Source: Octopus sinensis
Lineage: Eukaryota
DNA: 64,000 nucleotides
Direction: 5' to 3'
NCBI RefSeq assembly: GCF_006345805.1
Contig: NC_043000.1
Span: 65,906,001-65,970,000, forward strand
The position numbers were made by a program, and so were the translations under genes. How positions within the stretch are numbered: the stretch's first letter is position 1; every line of letters begins with the position of its first letter. The notes below the pieces were generated by a model that saw only the letters and a list, made by a program, of their open reading frames with translations, did not search any database and was not told where the DNA came from. Positions 10,930-24,244 of the stretch are shown here, in pieces.

Positions 10930-11940
10930 GTTAAGATTCACACCACAAAGTATTGTAACTTGGTGAACGAACTCATGAAATCAGTGAAAGTGCATCAGCT
11001 GACGAACAAGCAGCAGCGGAATTTCCTACTGCATTAAAGAAAATCATCGTTGAAAACGGGTTTCTTCCCGAACGTAGACGAAGCTGGATTGTATTGGAAA
11101 AAATTGCCAGACCGGTCATTGATTTCCAAGGAGAAAACTATTCCAGGATAAAAGGTCTCAAAATAACGTGTGTTGGGAGGTGATTGTGCAGGAGATTTTA
11201 AGTTAAAGCCATTGCTTGTCTATCATGCACACAACCCCCGTGCTCTGAAGAACATAACTACGGCATCTCGCTCTGTTCTACGGATGGCTAATTCAAAAGC
11301 ATGGGTTACTGTTGTTGTTTTTGAAGATTGGTTCTTCAATATTTTTATCCCAACAGCAGAGAAGTACTGTAAGGAGAAGGGGATTCCTTTTAAGGTTTTA
11401 CTTATCTTAGATAATGCTCCTGGCCACCCACAAAGCATCGTAGATTTTGACCCCAACATTACCATCGTATAGCTCCCTCTGAACACCACATCTCTTCTGC
11501 AGCCAATGGATCAAGAATAATTGCTATCTTCAAGTGTTACTATATGAAGCGTACGCTGCGGCAAGCAATAGCTGCAACTGATTTTGATGAGCCCATCACA
11601 CTTCGTGACTTTTGGAAAAGATACGATATCGACAAGGCTGTACAGTTGGTGACTACGAGCAAAGAACTGGAAATGGATTTTGAGGAGGAGGATTTCACAG
11701 ATTTATTTGAAAAAACAAGCAGCCCTTGACGAACGAGCTTCACGAGCAGAAAATAAAGAAGAAGAGAAAGTCGAACCTGATCCACGTCACTTTACTATTA
11801 AGAAAATGCAACAAGCATTTGCATATATCGAAAAAGATCTTTCTAGGTTCCAGAATATGGATCCAAATGCTCAACGCTTTTCCAAGATTATGGGTGCTTA
11901 TCATGAAGCTTTTGCTCCTTATAATGTAATCCTTGAGAAG
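10930..11940 (+). pseudogene. pogo/Tigger (TIGD1-like) DDE transposase pseudogene
   Basis: Motifs ASADEQAAAEFP, DEAGLYWKKLP, GDFKLKPLLVYH, KVLLILDNAPGHP and TTSLLQPMDQ, with stops and frameshifts. Confidence 0.9.
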
Positions 11941-12063
11941 AAGAAGAAGAAGAAGAAGAAGAAGAAGAAGAAGAAGAAGAAGAAGAAGAAGAAGAAGAAG
12001 AAGAAGAAGAAGAAGAAGAAGAAGAAGAAGAAGAAGAAGAAGAAGAAGAAGAAGAAGAAGAAG

Positions 12064-12093
<30 letters not shown>
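11937..12093 (+). repeat. (GAA)n, about 52 uninterrupted units
   Basis: Directly visible; source of the poly-K and poly-R ORFs. Confidence 0.98.
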
Positions 12094-12094
<1 letters not shown>

Positions 12095-12710
12095 TCGGAA
12101 AGAAATATGGTCGCTGAATGAACAGCCTCAGAAAAGATCTATCAAGGAACTCTCAACCAGTTTTTTAAGCGCATCGAAGAACAAGAACAGCCATAGTCAG
12201 CTGTTGATGCTGACGATCCACAACCATCTACATCCGCGATGTAAACCACCAAATTGTATATATGTACTGGTAAATTTTAAATATTTTATTTTTTTTTTTT
12301 TTACTATTGCAAAATAATAATAATTACTTAAATTTGTTTTTTAAGCTTAAAAGAGGCTTTTATTTTACCATGTCTTATTGCAAACCGCATTCATAAATAA
12401 AGCGTCTGCGATGTACGGTAAATACCGCCAAATTGTATTTGTAAATTTAGATTACTTTTTTTTACTTAAAAAAATAGCATATTATTTGTCTGTAAGCTAA
12501 AAATAGGTTTTTATTAAGAATGTATTATTGAAAATGCATTCATAAATAAAGTACAGAACTGGGAATGATTATTATCGGTTTAGCCTAGAGACAAGTAAAT
12601 TCGGTCTAGCCTAGCCTAGAAACAAGTTAATTCGACTTCTGTCGTTTGTCGACTTAAGTCGTGTCACCTAGAACCAATTAAAGACATAAGGTGAGGTATC
12701 CCCGTGTGTG

Positions 12711-12751
<41 letters not shown>

Positions 12752-13153
12752 TGTGTGTGGTGTGTGTGTGGTGTATGTGTGTGTGTGTGTAATCTGTGTG
12801 TGTGTGTATCTATATATATATCTATATATATATATATATATATAATATAATATAATAATAATAAGAGTAAATAATTTCTATAAAGGCTTTTAAAAAAACC
12901 CAATTATTACTGTTAGAATTCGGTATGTAAATATAGCCGATTACCGGCAGGAACTTCTGTAAAGTTCAGTATATATATTGTATATAAGAAAAAGGGACAA
13001 GGCAAAACAGGTTGCCTGACCGCATACCGAAAAAATAGAAATAGCAGTCAAGAATGCTTATTTCTATCAAAGTTGGACTCCGGTCATGACAGACCCTGCA
13101 ATTCCCATATGCAAAACAGAAGGAATAGATAACGAATACGAAGTCAGCGGTAT

Positions 13154-13268
13154 CTGTTGAACATCATGTTTCTGGATTATTAAACATATTGAATATATAT
13201 TCCATATATAGTTTTGATATATATTTCATATACATTGCATATATATTTCACATCCTTCTTCAGCACAG
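13154..13268 (-). ncRNA. Type I hammerhead motif, array copy 1
   Basis: Same motif as 15431-15543 on the minus strand, with one extra base in the 3' strand of stem I. Confidence 0.7.
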
Positions 13269-13803
13269 CTTTCCATTGAAAAAGATTTATCATAGATTTA
13301 ACAGATGCTACGTACCTCAAACCTTCTGACCATGCGACATCAAAATATTTGAAGAGGAGTAGTGAGCAAAAGTAAACCTACATAGACGTTTGAATTCATT
13401 AAATCTTCCCTCCAAAATTTTGCCATGCGCATTGCAAAAATAGTTCCATAAGATGGGGAACAATTAGGTTGTCATGGATGGGAGGAGTGAAAAAATCAAA
13501 ATAGTAATATAATAATAAGGTAAATAATTTCTATAAAGGCTTTTAAAAAAACCCAATTATTTACTGGTAGAATTCGGTATGTAAATAGCCGATTACCGGC
13601 AGGAACTTCTGTAAAGTTCAGTATATATATTGTATATAAGAAAAAGGGACAGGCAAAACAGGTTGCCTGACCGCATACCGAAAAAATAGAAATAGCAGTC
13701 AAGAATGCTTATTTCTCAAAGTTGGACTCCGGTCATGACAGACCCTGCAATTCCCTATGCAAAACAGAAGGAATAGATAACGAATACGAAGTCTAGCGGT
13801 TAT

Positions 13804-13916
13804 CTGTGAACATCATGTTTCTGGATTATAAACATATTGAATATATATTCCATATATATTTTTGATATATATTTCATATACATTGCATATATATTTCACA
13901 TCCTTCTTCAGCACAG
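13804..13916 (-). ncRNA. Type I hammerhead motif, array copy 2 (intact)
   Basis: Minus strand: CTGTG-CTGAAGA-A-GGAT...ATCC-A-GAAAC-ATGAT-GTT-CACAG. Confidence 0.8.
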
Positions 13917-14795
13917 CTTTCCATTGAAAAAGATTTATCATAGATTTAACAGATGCTACGTACCTCAAACCTTCTGACCATGCGACATCAAAATATTTGA
14001 AGAGAGTGAGCAAAAGCTAAACCTACATAGACGTTTGAATTCATAAATCTTCCCTCCAAAATTTTGCCATGCGCATTGCAAAAATAGTTCCATAAGATGG
14101 GGAACAATTAGGTTGTCATGAGGGAGTGAAAAATCCAAATAGTAATATAATAATAAGAGTAAATAATTTCTATAAAGGCTTTTAAAAAAAACCCAATTAT
14201 TTACTGGTAGAATTCGGTATGTAAATATAGCCGATTACCGGCAGGAACTTCTGTAAAGTTCAGTATATATATTGTATATAAGAAAAAGGGACAGGCAAAA
14301 CAGGTTGCCTGACCGCATACCGAAAAAATAGAAATAGCAGTCAAGAATGCTTATTTCTATCAAAGTTGGACTCCGGTCATGACAGACCCTGCAATTCCCA
14401 TATGCAAAACAGAAGGAATAGATAACGAATACGAAGTCTAGCGGTTATCTGTGAACATCATGTTTCTGGATTCGGTAATCGGCTATATTTACATACCGAA
14501 TTCTACCAGTAAATAATTGGGGTTTTTTTAAAAGCCTTTATAGAAATTATTTACTCTTATTATTATATTACTATTTGGATTTTTCACTCCCTCATGACAA
14601 CCTAATTGTTCCCCATCTTATGGAACTATTTTTGCAAGGCGCATGGCAAAATTTTGGAGGGAAGATTTTGAATTCAACGTCTATGTAGGTTTAGCTTTTG
14701 CTCACTCTCTTCAAATATTTTGATGTCGCCATGGTCAGAAGGTTTGAGGTACGTAGCATCTGTTAAATCTATGATAAATCTTTTTCAATGGAAAG

Positions 14796-14907
14796 CTGTG
14801 CTGAAGAAGGATGTGAAATATATATGCAATGTATATGAAATATATATCAAAAATATATATGGAATATATTTCAATATGTTTATAATCCAGAAACATGATT
14901 TTCACAG
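14796..14907 (+). ncRNA. Type I hammerhead motif, inverted array copy (G-to-T change in stem III)
   Basis: CTGTG-CTGAAGA(14801-14807)...GAAACATGATTTT-CACAG. Confidence 0.65.
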
Positions 14908-15430
14908 ATAACCGCTAGACTTCGTATTCGTTATCTATTCCTCTGTTTGGCATATGGGAATTGCAGGGTCTGTCATGACCGGAGTCCAACTTTGATAGAA
15001 ATAAGCATCTTGACTGCTATTTCTATTTTTTCGGTATGCGGTCAGGCAACCTGTTTTGCCTGTCCCTTTTTCTTATATACAATATATATACTGAACTTTA
15101 CAGAGTTCCTGCCGGTAATCGGCATATATTTATACCGAATTCTACCAGTAAATAATTGGGGTTTTTTTAAAAGCCTTTATAGAAATATTTACTCTTATTA
15201 TTATATTACTATTTGGATTTTTCACTCCCTCATGACAACCTAATGTTCTCCAATTATGGAACTATTTTTGCAATGCGCATGGCAAATTTTGGAGGGAAGA
15301 TTTATGAATCAAACGTCTATGTAGGTTTAGCTTTTGCTCACTTTCTTCAAATATTTTGATGTTGCATGGTCAGAAGGTTTGAGGTACGTAGCATCTGTTA
15401 AATCTATGATAAATCTTTTTCAATGGAAAG

Positions 15431-15543
15431 CTGTGCTGAAGAAGGATGTGAAATATATATGCAATGTATATGAAATATATATCAAAAATATATATGGAAT
15501 ATATATTCAATATGTTTATAATCCAGAAACATGATGTTCACAG
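15431..15543 (+). ncRNA. Type I hammerhead motif, inverted array copy (intact)
   Basis: Stem I CTGTG/CACAG, core CTGAAGA (15436-15442), stem II GGAT/ATCC with a long AT-rich loop, GAAAC (15526-15530), self-complementary AACAT-G-ATGTT stem III, GUU triplet ending at 15538. Confidence 0.8.
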
Positions 15544-15711
15544 ATAACCGCTAGACTTCGTATTCGTTATCTATTCCTTCTGTTTTGCATATGGGAATTG
15601 CAGGGTCTGTCATGACCGGAGTCCAACTTTAATAGAAATAAGCATTCTTGACTGCTATTTCTATTTTTTCGGTATGCGGTCAGGCAACCTGTTTTGCCTG
15701 TCCCTTTTTCT

Positions 15712-15744
<33 letters not shown>

Positions 15745-15822
15745 CTTACATGTATATGTATGTATGTATATGTATATATACTTATATATATATTTATATA
15801 TGTATATTTAAATATATTTATA

Positions 15823-15865
<43 letters not shown>

Positions 15866-16222
15866 TGTGTGTGTGTGTGTATGTGTGTGTGTGTATACAC
15901 ACACACATTCAAATATATTTATTTATACATTCATGAGTACACTTAATGTAACTTTTAGGCCGAATCAGCATGACACAATATTTGACAAGAGTGGACATTT
16001 GAATTAAAGGTTCAATTTATCCAGCGGTTCCTCACAGTTTCCGCCCAGTCAATTTCATTCACAGGCTTGGGTCGAAACGAGGCTATGGTAAAGGAAATTT
16101 CTCAAGACCTCAAGGTTGCCGAATGAATTTCTCAGCCATTCAATGATGCCAACGTCCACAAACATTGCAGAGATCAGTATGTTCCAAATTTTAAGCACTG
16201 AAATCGATATGATTCTCTAACC

Positions 16223-16440
16223 CAGTGCTTCTCAACCATTTTTTTGCCTATGGACCTCTTTGATTCCTATTTTACTATAGGCATTTGCTGTGTAGTTTTA
16301 TGATTAAATATCATTAGGTATTGTATAAAAAAAAATTTGAGATAGTTTGAGTATTAACCAATTCATTGCACATACATTTTGACATAAAAAAAATTGTATG
16401 GATCCCAAAGGGTCATATGGACCCCGGTTGGAAACCACTG
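16223..16440. mobile_element. hAT (Charlie-type) MITE
   Basis: TIRs CAGTGCTTCTCAACC and GGTTGGAAACCACTG; related to 58905-59244; TSD is degraded. Confidence 0.75.
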
Positions 16441-16619
16441 GTCAAAACCCACGAAAGCGGCGCTCCAGCATGGCCGCAGTTAAATGGTTGAAATCAGTTA
16501 AAGAATATAAGTTATAATTTTTTTTTTTTTTAATTTTCATGGAAACTTCGATATGTACTGTCCATGAACTAACGATTAATGCAGACCGTGTAATTGGAAA
16601 GGTTGGGAAGAGAGGATGG

Positions 16620-16862
16620 GTGAGAGAGTGAGTGTATGTGAGAGAGTGAGTGTATGTGAGAGAGTGAGTGTATGTGAGAGAGTGAGTGTATGTGAGAGAG
16701 TGAGTGTATGTGAGAGAGTGAGTGTATGTGAGAGAGTGAGTGTATGTGAGAGAGTGAGTGTATGTGAGAGAGTGAGTGTATGTGAGAGAGTGAGTGTATG
16801 TGAGAGAGTGAGTGTATGTGAGAGAGTGAGTGTATGTGAGAGAGTGAGTGTATGTGAGAGAG
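16620..16862. repeat. 18-bp minisatellite (GTGAGAGAGTGAGTGTAT), about 13 perfect copies
   Basis: Directly visible; translates to the LTYTHS and CERVSV repeats. Confidence 0.95.
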
Positions 16863-17804
16863 AGAGAAAGAAAGGGAGAGAGAGAGGAGAGTGAGTATGT
16901 GAGAGAAAGAGAAAGGGAGAGAAAGAGAGAGAGAGAAACAAGGAAACAGAAAGAGGCAAAGACAGAGAGATAAAGACAGTCAGAGACGAAGAGACAGAGA
17001 GAAACAGAGAAAGACAGAAACAGAGACGAGGAGTCAGAGGCAGATATCATGTATTTAATTTGTTTATGAATAAGAGTGATTGCTGTGTTACACAGATAGA
17101 GCAGAGGTATCAAGTGTCAATAAAGTAAAGACAATGTGTCCACTTAATAGATAGTGAAGTAGGTTCTAACACAATGTGACTAGCACGATAACTTTAATTA
17201 TTGAAAACCAAATATGTATGGAGAAGAGTTAAAGATAGTTGAACAATGCTCAAAGACAAAGGTGACAACTCAAAAATAAAAAGAAATTTTAATGTTTTGA
17301 CGTGCTAGAGTCCTTGTCAATAAAATGTGGAAATAGACAATATAGTAAGAGGAAATATAATCTGGTATTTCGTACACACTCTAGTGTTTGATTATTTTAA
17401 ACGATTTTGTTCAATTGCTGAAATAATAAATGGATACACAAGGCATATTTTCCTGGCGTTCACATGCATCATATATATGATATACATCACCATTTTTTTT
17501 GCAGCTGCCAGAGTAGCTTGGAACTGATGTAAGGAAAGTTTTATATTACTCACAACGTATGAAACAAGACCTAATTAAAAGACTGAAAGCAAGCATGGTC
17601 GTTCAGGAAAAAATTGTGAAACTGATTTGGACAGGTAAAGGGCGAAAGAAAAAGATTATTCAACCAGGTAGAAGTTCAAAGTTGTCACCGTGGTACACGG
17701 GAATAAATTAACAAAAAATAGGTCACATTCCATTTAAATATTATCAATAACATTTACAGTAATTAAACAGATATGTTCAGTCGTTTATGAACTGATAATA
17801 CTTT

Positions 17805-17905
17805 GGTCGACCCAGGCTAGAGTAGAAGACACTTGTCCAAGGTGCCACGTAGTAGGCCTGAACTCGGAACCATGTGGTTGGGAAGCAAGCTTCTTACCAA
17901 ACACC
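17805..17905 (-). mobile_element. CORE-type SINE head fragment
   Basis: Reverse complement of the 5' part of 2428-2828. Confidence 0.75.
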
Positions 17906-17911
17906 CACGCC

Positions 17912-18557
<646 letters not shown>

Positions 18558-18624
18558 CCATTCACAGCCTTATCAATAACTTTTTTACATCAAGGCCTGA
18601 AATTTGATGGTAGGTAATAATAGT

Positions 18625-18800
18625 CGATTATATTGACTATTACATGCTTAGCATTATTTTATTGGTCCTTCAATGAGGGAAAGCAAAGTTGACTTCGGCA
18701 GAATCTGAACATAGAACGTAAAGAGCCGCGTGGCATTTTCCGGTGCTCTAACGATTCCGCTAAATCGACAATCATAGCAATTGCAAAAATAATGGTTTCA
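18625..18800 (-). mobile_element. Degenerate Nin/Deu-type SINE
   Basis: Similar to 52207-52437 (GCAAAGTTGACTTCGGCAGAAT...). Confidence 0.6.
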
Positions 18801-19170
18801 AAAAAGGATGCTTTGACAATAGCTAAGTGTTCCTCACTAAAGGTGGTTTTACATCCCGACACCAACCAAGAGTATTTCTGTTTCCCCGCTCTCTGAAGGA
18901 TTATCGTCACATATGCTGTTTGACCCAAAGCTGGGAAATTGACAGATGTTACTATTCCGAGTCAGAATAGACCTGAGAACAACAGTGATTAAGAGGTGGT
19001 TCCACACTCCTCAAAATCTAGAAACAGAGCACCACAATTGGATACATACATACACACATACATACACATTTACACACATACATACACACATACACATTTA
19101 CATACATACATACATACATACATGTATGCATGCATGCATACATACATACATACATACATACATACATACA

Positions 19171-19203
<33 letters not shown>

Positions 19204-19206
<3 letters not shown>

Positions 19207-20488
19207 GTACCAATGCTGATCACAACATTTGGGATACTTGATTGGACTGTAGAGGAAATCCACTCCATAGATATCAAAAGCCGCAAAATCCTGACAACAT
19301 CTAGGAACTTCCACAGAAACGGTGATGTTGACACGTTCCAAAAAGAAATGAAGATGGTAGAGGCCTGAGATCAGTACAGACCGCCTTCGAATACCGTATG
19401 GTATCACTCAGGCAGCACCTGCTAAACAACAACAGCAAAAATAAATATATAAATGCAGTGCTGAAAAGTGAAGTGAGTTGGCAGTAAACTCCTCAAGAAA
19501 CACTCTAATCCTGATGATCTCCTATACAGCCCCAAAACAGCTGGGCTTTCTTACCTCAAAGAAGACCTGGATGGAAAGCACTCAGCGTACGAAAAAAAGA
19601 CCATGCATGGGTATGTTGCCTGGAATCTTGAAGAAGACAGTAGAATTGACATGAAGCGCAGCCTGTCTTAGAAACAAACCACTACATTACATCACACTTT
19701 GAAGGCTTTGCAATCCAGGAACAGGAGATTGCCACAAAGTACCTGGTGAACAAGGGAAACAGTGACGTTCTTGTAATCCCAAGGTGCAACAGCATGTGTA
19801 GGCTATGTCATGTTTCTGTGGAAGACATTACGCATGTGATTAGCAGCTGTCCTAAAATGTCGTCACGGTAAGCAAGTACGATGTTGTTGCGGCACGATGT
19901 TGTTGCTAAAACAATCTACAATGCCATCCGCAAAAAAGACTGTCCTGAAATAAACTTAGAAAATCCCTCTGTTATTGAATACATTCATAAACACCAACTC
20001 AAGGTATACTGGTGGAATATTCCCATCAAAACTTCTGTCAAATGTAAACGTAACAGGCCGGATATTGTTGTTTGAAATAGAGAGGCAAAGTTATGTATCA
20101 TGATAGAGGTCAGCTGCCCTGCAGATATAAATATCTCTTTGAAAATCAAAGAAAAAAGAGGATATCTAAGGACAACTGCTTCAAAACCTCCAGCGTCTAT
20201 ATCCAGACTATGAATTAATATTCATACCAATAATAATTGGAGCACTAGTAAATGCTTAAAAGAGAATCTGGATAAACTGGGATTTTCAGAAAGAAAAAAA
20301 TGACCGGCTGATTCGTACATTACAAGTGTAATCTTTGAGTGGAACAATAAAAACATGCAAGACTTTTCTCAAGTTCCAAATGTGAATTTGTCTGTGTTAA
20401 CTACATCCCAAAGATGGAGCCTTGTATCTTTGTTGCAAACCGGCTCCCTCCTCAGTGGAAGATTTATAAGAATTTAAAAATAGAAGAG
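19204..20488 (+). mobile_element. 5'-truncated R4/Dong-type non-LTR retrotransposon (RLE clade), pseudogenised
   Basis: Zinc knuckle CRLCHVSVEDITHVISSC (19797-19850), RHD motif (about 19890), restriction-like endonuclease RPDIVV...IEVSCP; preceded and followed by (TACA)n. Confidence 0.9.
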
Positions 20489-20500
20489 ACATACATACAT

Positions 20501-21100
20501 AAAATAAAGATCAGCGAAAAAGAAAATACCTACGCTCAACTATTGAGGAATTTGCAGTTACTCTATCCAGATTACAAGTTCAGATTTCTGCATGTAATTA
20601 TTGGGGCACTGGGATATGTAATGCACTGCATAAATACCAATCTTGAGAAATTAGGCTTCTCACTATCAGAAAGGGGAAAGCTGATTCGAAGGCTACAGTT
20701 TCAAGCCATCACTGGGACTGTAAAAGTCTGTAAAACTTTCCAGAAGTTTATTATTTAAGTATATATGAGCATGTCTAGATATACAACTATATGCATGAAA
20801 ATACATACATAAAATAAAACATACAAATCTGCACACATACATACATACATACATACATACATACATACATACATACATACATACATACATACATACATAC
20901 ATACATACATACGTACGTACGTACGTACTTACGTATGTACATACATACATACATACATACATACATACATACATACATACATACATACATACATACATAC
21001 ATACAAACATACCTTGTTGATGAAGGAGACTTGGATCTAGGTTAGAAACCGGCTCCTTCTCTATTGGTAAGAAATTTTGAAATAAACTGAATAATGACAT
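20501..21100 (+). mobile_element. Second R4/Dong 3' end joined head-to-tail to the first through (ACAT)3
   Basis: EKENTYAQLLRNLQLLYPDYKFRFLHVIIGALG...KTFQKFII*, then a 3' UTR with internal (TACA)n; homologous to 37580-38091. Confidence 0.9.
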
Positions 21101-21879
21101 GCATACATACATACATACATACATACATACATACATACATACATACATACATACATACATACATACATACATACATACATACATACATGCATGCATACAT
21201 ACATACATACATACATACATACTCGATTTTGTAGACTAACAGAGGGGGAAATCTGCTCGTTAAAACAGAAATCATATTAAATAGGAAGTTAAGTAGATTA
21301 ATAGTGTGGTGTGTCTCTATTAATACTGAGCTATTTTGCATCTTTTTTTATATAAAAAATAGCTTTAATGCACAACTGTACAATATAAACTTGTAATAAA
21401 AGATATATCATTTTTTGTTTATCTTTTTTAAAGTATAGTTGGAGGATTTCACCGCATCCATATTATTTATACAGTAGTGTTTATTCTGTGTTTGAAGGTA
21501 ACTATTCTGAAACTGGCACAAGTGGAGGTAATGGTGACGCCTGTTTGTAGACAGTTATCGGATACAGGCTGCTAGAAGTGAAATTAAAAACGGGAGTCTA
21601 AACCAGTCACAGGCAAACTGCGGCCCATAAGACTTTCTGAATGGCACGCCTAATGAAAAATTACCTTGAACTTTTTTAGTATCGTAGCCTGCCAGCTGAT
21701 GAGTCATATCTTGTCCGGTCCGCTTTTTAAAAAAGCAACCCATGTCTGCTCTAAACTGTCGAATATGTTCTAAATAAGGTACAAATTAGGAGATGATATC
21801 CCTATGTATTGGATTACAGTATCCACGAGAGTCTTCATTTTGAACAAAGTTTGTGATGTTGGTATAGCTTCTCCTTCTT

Positions 21880-22480
21880 CATGGTCTTCTGTTTATTGTG
21901 TATCTTATACAGAACATTACCCAAAATTTCTTCATCGGTGAGGACTTGTGAGCCAGAATAATCTTTATCAATTTCAAACTATTCTTGAACATCAGCTTTA
22001 GCTGTTTCTCTGTGGTCAATATTTGCAAAGTTGCGCTCAAAGTAATTGACTGCAGGTATTTCAAAATCTAAACCGTAGTCAACATTATTCAGCAACTTCT
22101 TCCCAGCTTCTGCAAGGTTAAAAAGTGTTGGCTTAATTTTTTTAAACTCGTAGTTTCTGAAGTAGCCTGACCTCATTGTATCTTCTGCCTCTTCATCCTC
22201 CGATACAACCGTTATTTCTTCCAAAAAATTCTTCTAATACGGCTTCTTGCTGGCAACTGTTTCATAGTCCACTGGTCGAGTAACTGAAGTGTTAACGGAG
22301 TAAAGAAAAAATTAATTCTGTCATCTTTACTTACTAAATTCATAGTATTATGGTAAGCAGGGGTGTTGTCAAGCAGCAGCAGCAGAGTCATTACATTAGG
22401 TAGAAAAACAGTTCCCATCAAGATCTAAGTTGTTGAGGAAACAAGGATAACAAAATCTCTGAAGTAAATCTTTCCTTTTT
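21880..22480 (-). pseudogene. pogo/Tigger-like transposase remnant
   Basis: LLLLLDNTPAYH...FFFTPLTLQLLDQW resembles LLLDNAPAH...FLPPNTTSLIQPMDQ. Confidence 0.65.
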
Positions 22481-24244
22481 AATGATATTTTTTTAATATT
22501 TTCATTGCGTTAAGATATTAAACAAAATTCTATTATTTTCTAATAAATTCCATTATATAAATTATATTTTGTCATCGGCTTATATTGTCATTGTGGTATA
22601 TTATCATGTTAATACGCTATTGTTATTTTATAAGCAGCTTAAAATATTATTTGTTTAATTACTTCAGCTATTATGGTATTTAAACGAAATGCGATAATCT
22701 TTCCAGTGACTGTGTATCTCAAACTGAATTGCGACATTTTTGTCACTTTTCCTACGACTTATTTCTATTTACCAATATCTTATTCATTACTCATATGAAA
22801 ATTGAATAGAAGTGGCCCTCGTCTTCATATTGCAATTCAAACAGGGCAATGATTTAGACAAAAGCATTGAATGAACTAGTACAAAAGTCAATATTTTATT
22901 AGCAATCAAAAAAGCATCGGTGGAATTAGTAAAAAAAAGAATAAAGCATAAGACTAATAATCCACAATCTATAATCTCTATCACATGTTGTTGCTGCTGC
23001 TGCTGCTACTGTTGTCAATGATAATGATCTTGTTGTTATCGTTGTTGTTTAGTTCCAAGTCAGTCTTGAAAGAGCAGGCCTATATTCAAGAGCGTTCCGG
23101 ATGTGACCACACCTTTTTGTTTTGTTTTTGTTTTTTTCATGCGGTATGAATCCAAGATCATATTATCCAATGTGTCATTTCCCAGTGAATACAGAACAAT
23201 ATTATTTGAGGGAGTTTTAGTAGTTAATCCTTACAAGTCTAGCAATAACATTGACCAAACATGGAACACATGGATACTGAAGTTTCATGCGTCCCTCGTG
23301 ACTATTTTGATAGTGTGTATAATGCCATGGCTCTATAAGCATAACTAAAATGTTTAGCATAATTTTCAAGTCCAAATCTGTTTATTTTAAACCGTTCCCT
23401 TTCTTTCGCTTTCTCTCTTCCATTCACTTTCTCTTGATCAACGTGTTATGCTTTACGGAATGTAAATTTATGGAGTACACTGTGCTACATGCAATGTTTA
23501 ACTTATGATCAGCGATATTTCAGAAGAATCGTGTGTCAGAAAAACTTACCTATGCTTGGAATCTCTTCCAGTGTCTCTCTATCACATGTTAATCTGAATA
23601 GTTAGAACTACATCTAAGCAGTATCGTCTGAAGGGGTGTACACACTGGACAGTTGCTTAGGAACCCCCAGCTCTAGGGAGGTCCAGTGCTAATTTATGTA
23701 TGCTTTGGTTGTGTATGCCGAGATGCGGTGCCTTGCTTTCCTCAACGACCTATAAAGACTATTACACCTATCAATGTTTCACGCTTATAAACATAATATC
23801 TCAGTGTAGATGTTAAAATCATATAGGGGTCCAGATCTAATCATTTCTAGATCTATATTCGCTACTCTGAAATAAATATACTCCATCAATTTTGTTCCCT
23901 TCAACAATAAAAAGATACAATCATTACAAATAATAAGAAAGCAATATCGCTACCCGCCCTGCTTAACATGAACATCACGGAACGAGAACCATCACGATTG
24001 TTTCAAATGCTAAGCTTCACCTTCTTCACTGAGCATCAGTCTATCCTGAGAACATATATTCTTAACAAAACTGTATCTCAAAGCTAGGTTTCCCTCTTCG
24101 GAGCCAGAAAATATTTCAGCCTCTTCCCCCAACAACTACGAACCTTCTACAAGATTCAAATGAGACTCCCTTCCCACCGTCGTGAAATACTGCTTTCACA
24201 TTTAGGACGGTGCTATTACTACACATATATACACTTATATCTAG

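Larger units (their letters stand above)
10830..12705 (+). mobile_element. Tigger-like DNA transposon remnant including 3' non-coding region
   Basis: Transposase remnant followed by an internally duplicated 3' region, TAGCCTAG repeats and TIR-like CGACTTAAGTCG / AGGTGAGGTATCCCCG; boundaries are approximate. Confidence 0.55.
12850..15717. repeat. Tandem array of a ~640-bp hammerhead-containing unit with a central orientation switch at 14472/14473
   Basis: About 2.5 direct units (12850-14472) followed by about 1.9 inverted units (14473-15717); copies differ mostly by 1-bp indels; both ends run into TA-rich microsatellite. Confidence 0.92.

Noticed and set aside
11680-12121. Poly-Lys and poly-Arg ORFs
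   Set aside because: Produced by the (GAA)n tract at the end of a Tigger pseudogene.
13000-13145. GTGKT P-loop-like peptide and a 40-aa open stretch in the 640-bp unit
   Set aside because: Short, bounded by stops, and with no supporting helicase or NTPase motifs.
22787-22984. Possible Merlin/IS1016-like N-terminal fragment (CLNCNMK)
   Set aside because: Only a CxxC and a vague resemblance; no catalytic motif or TIR seen.
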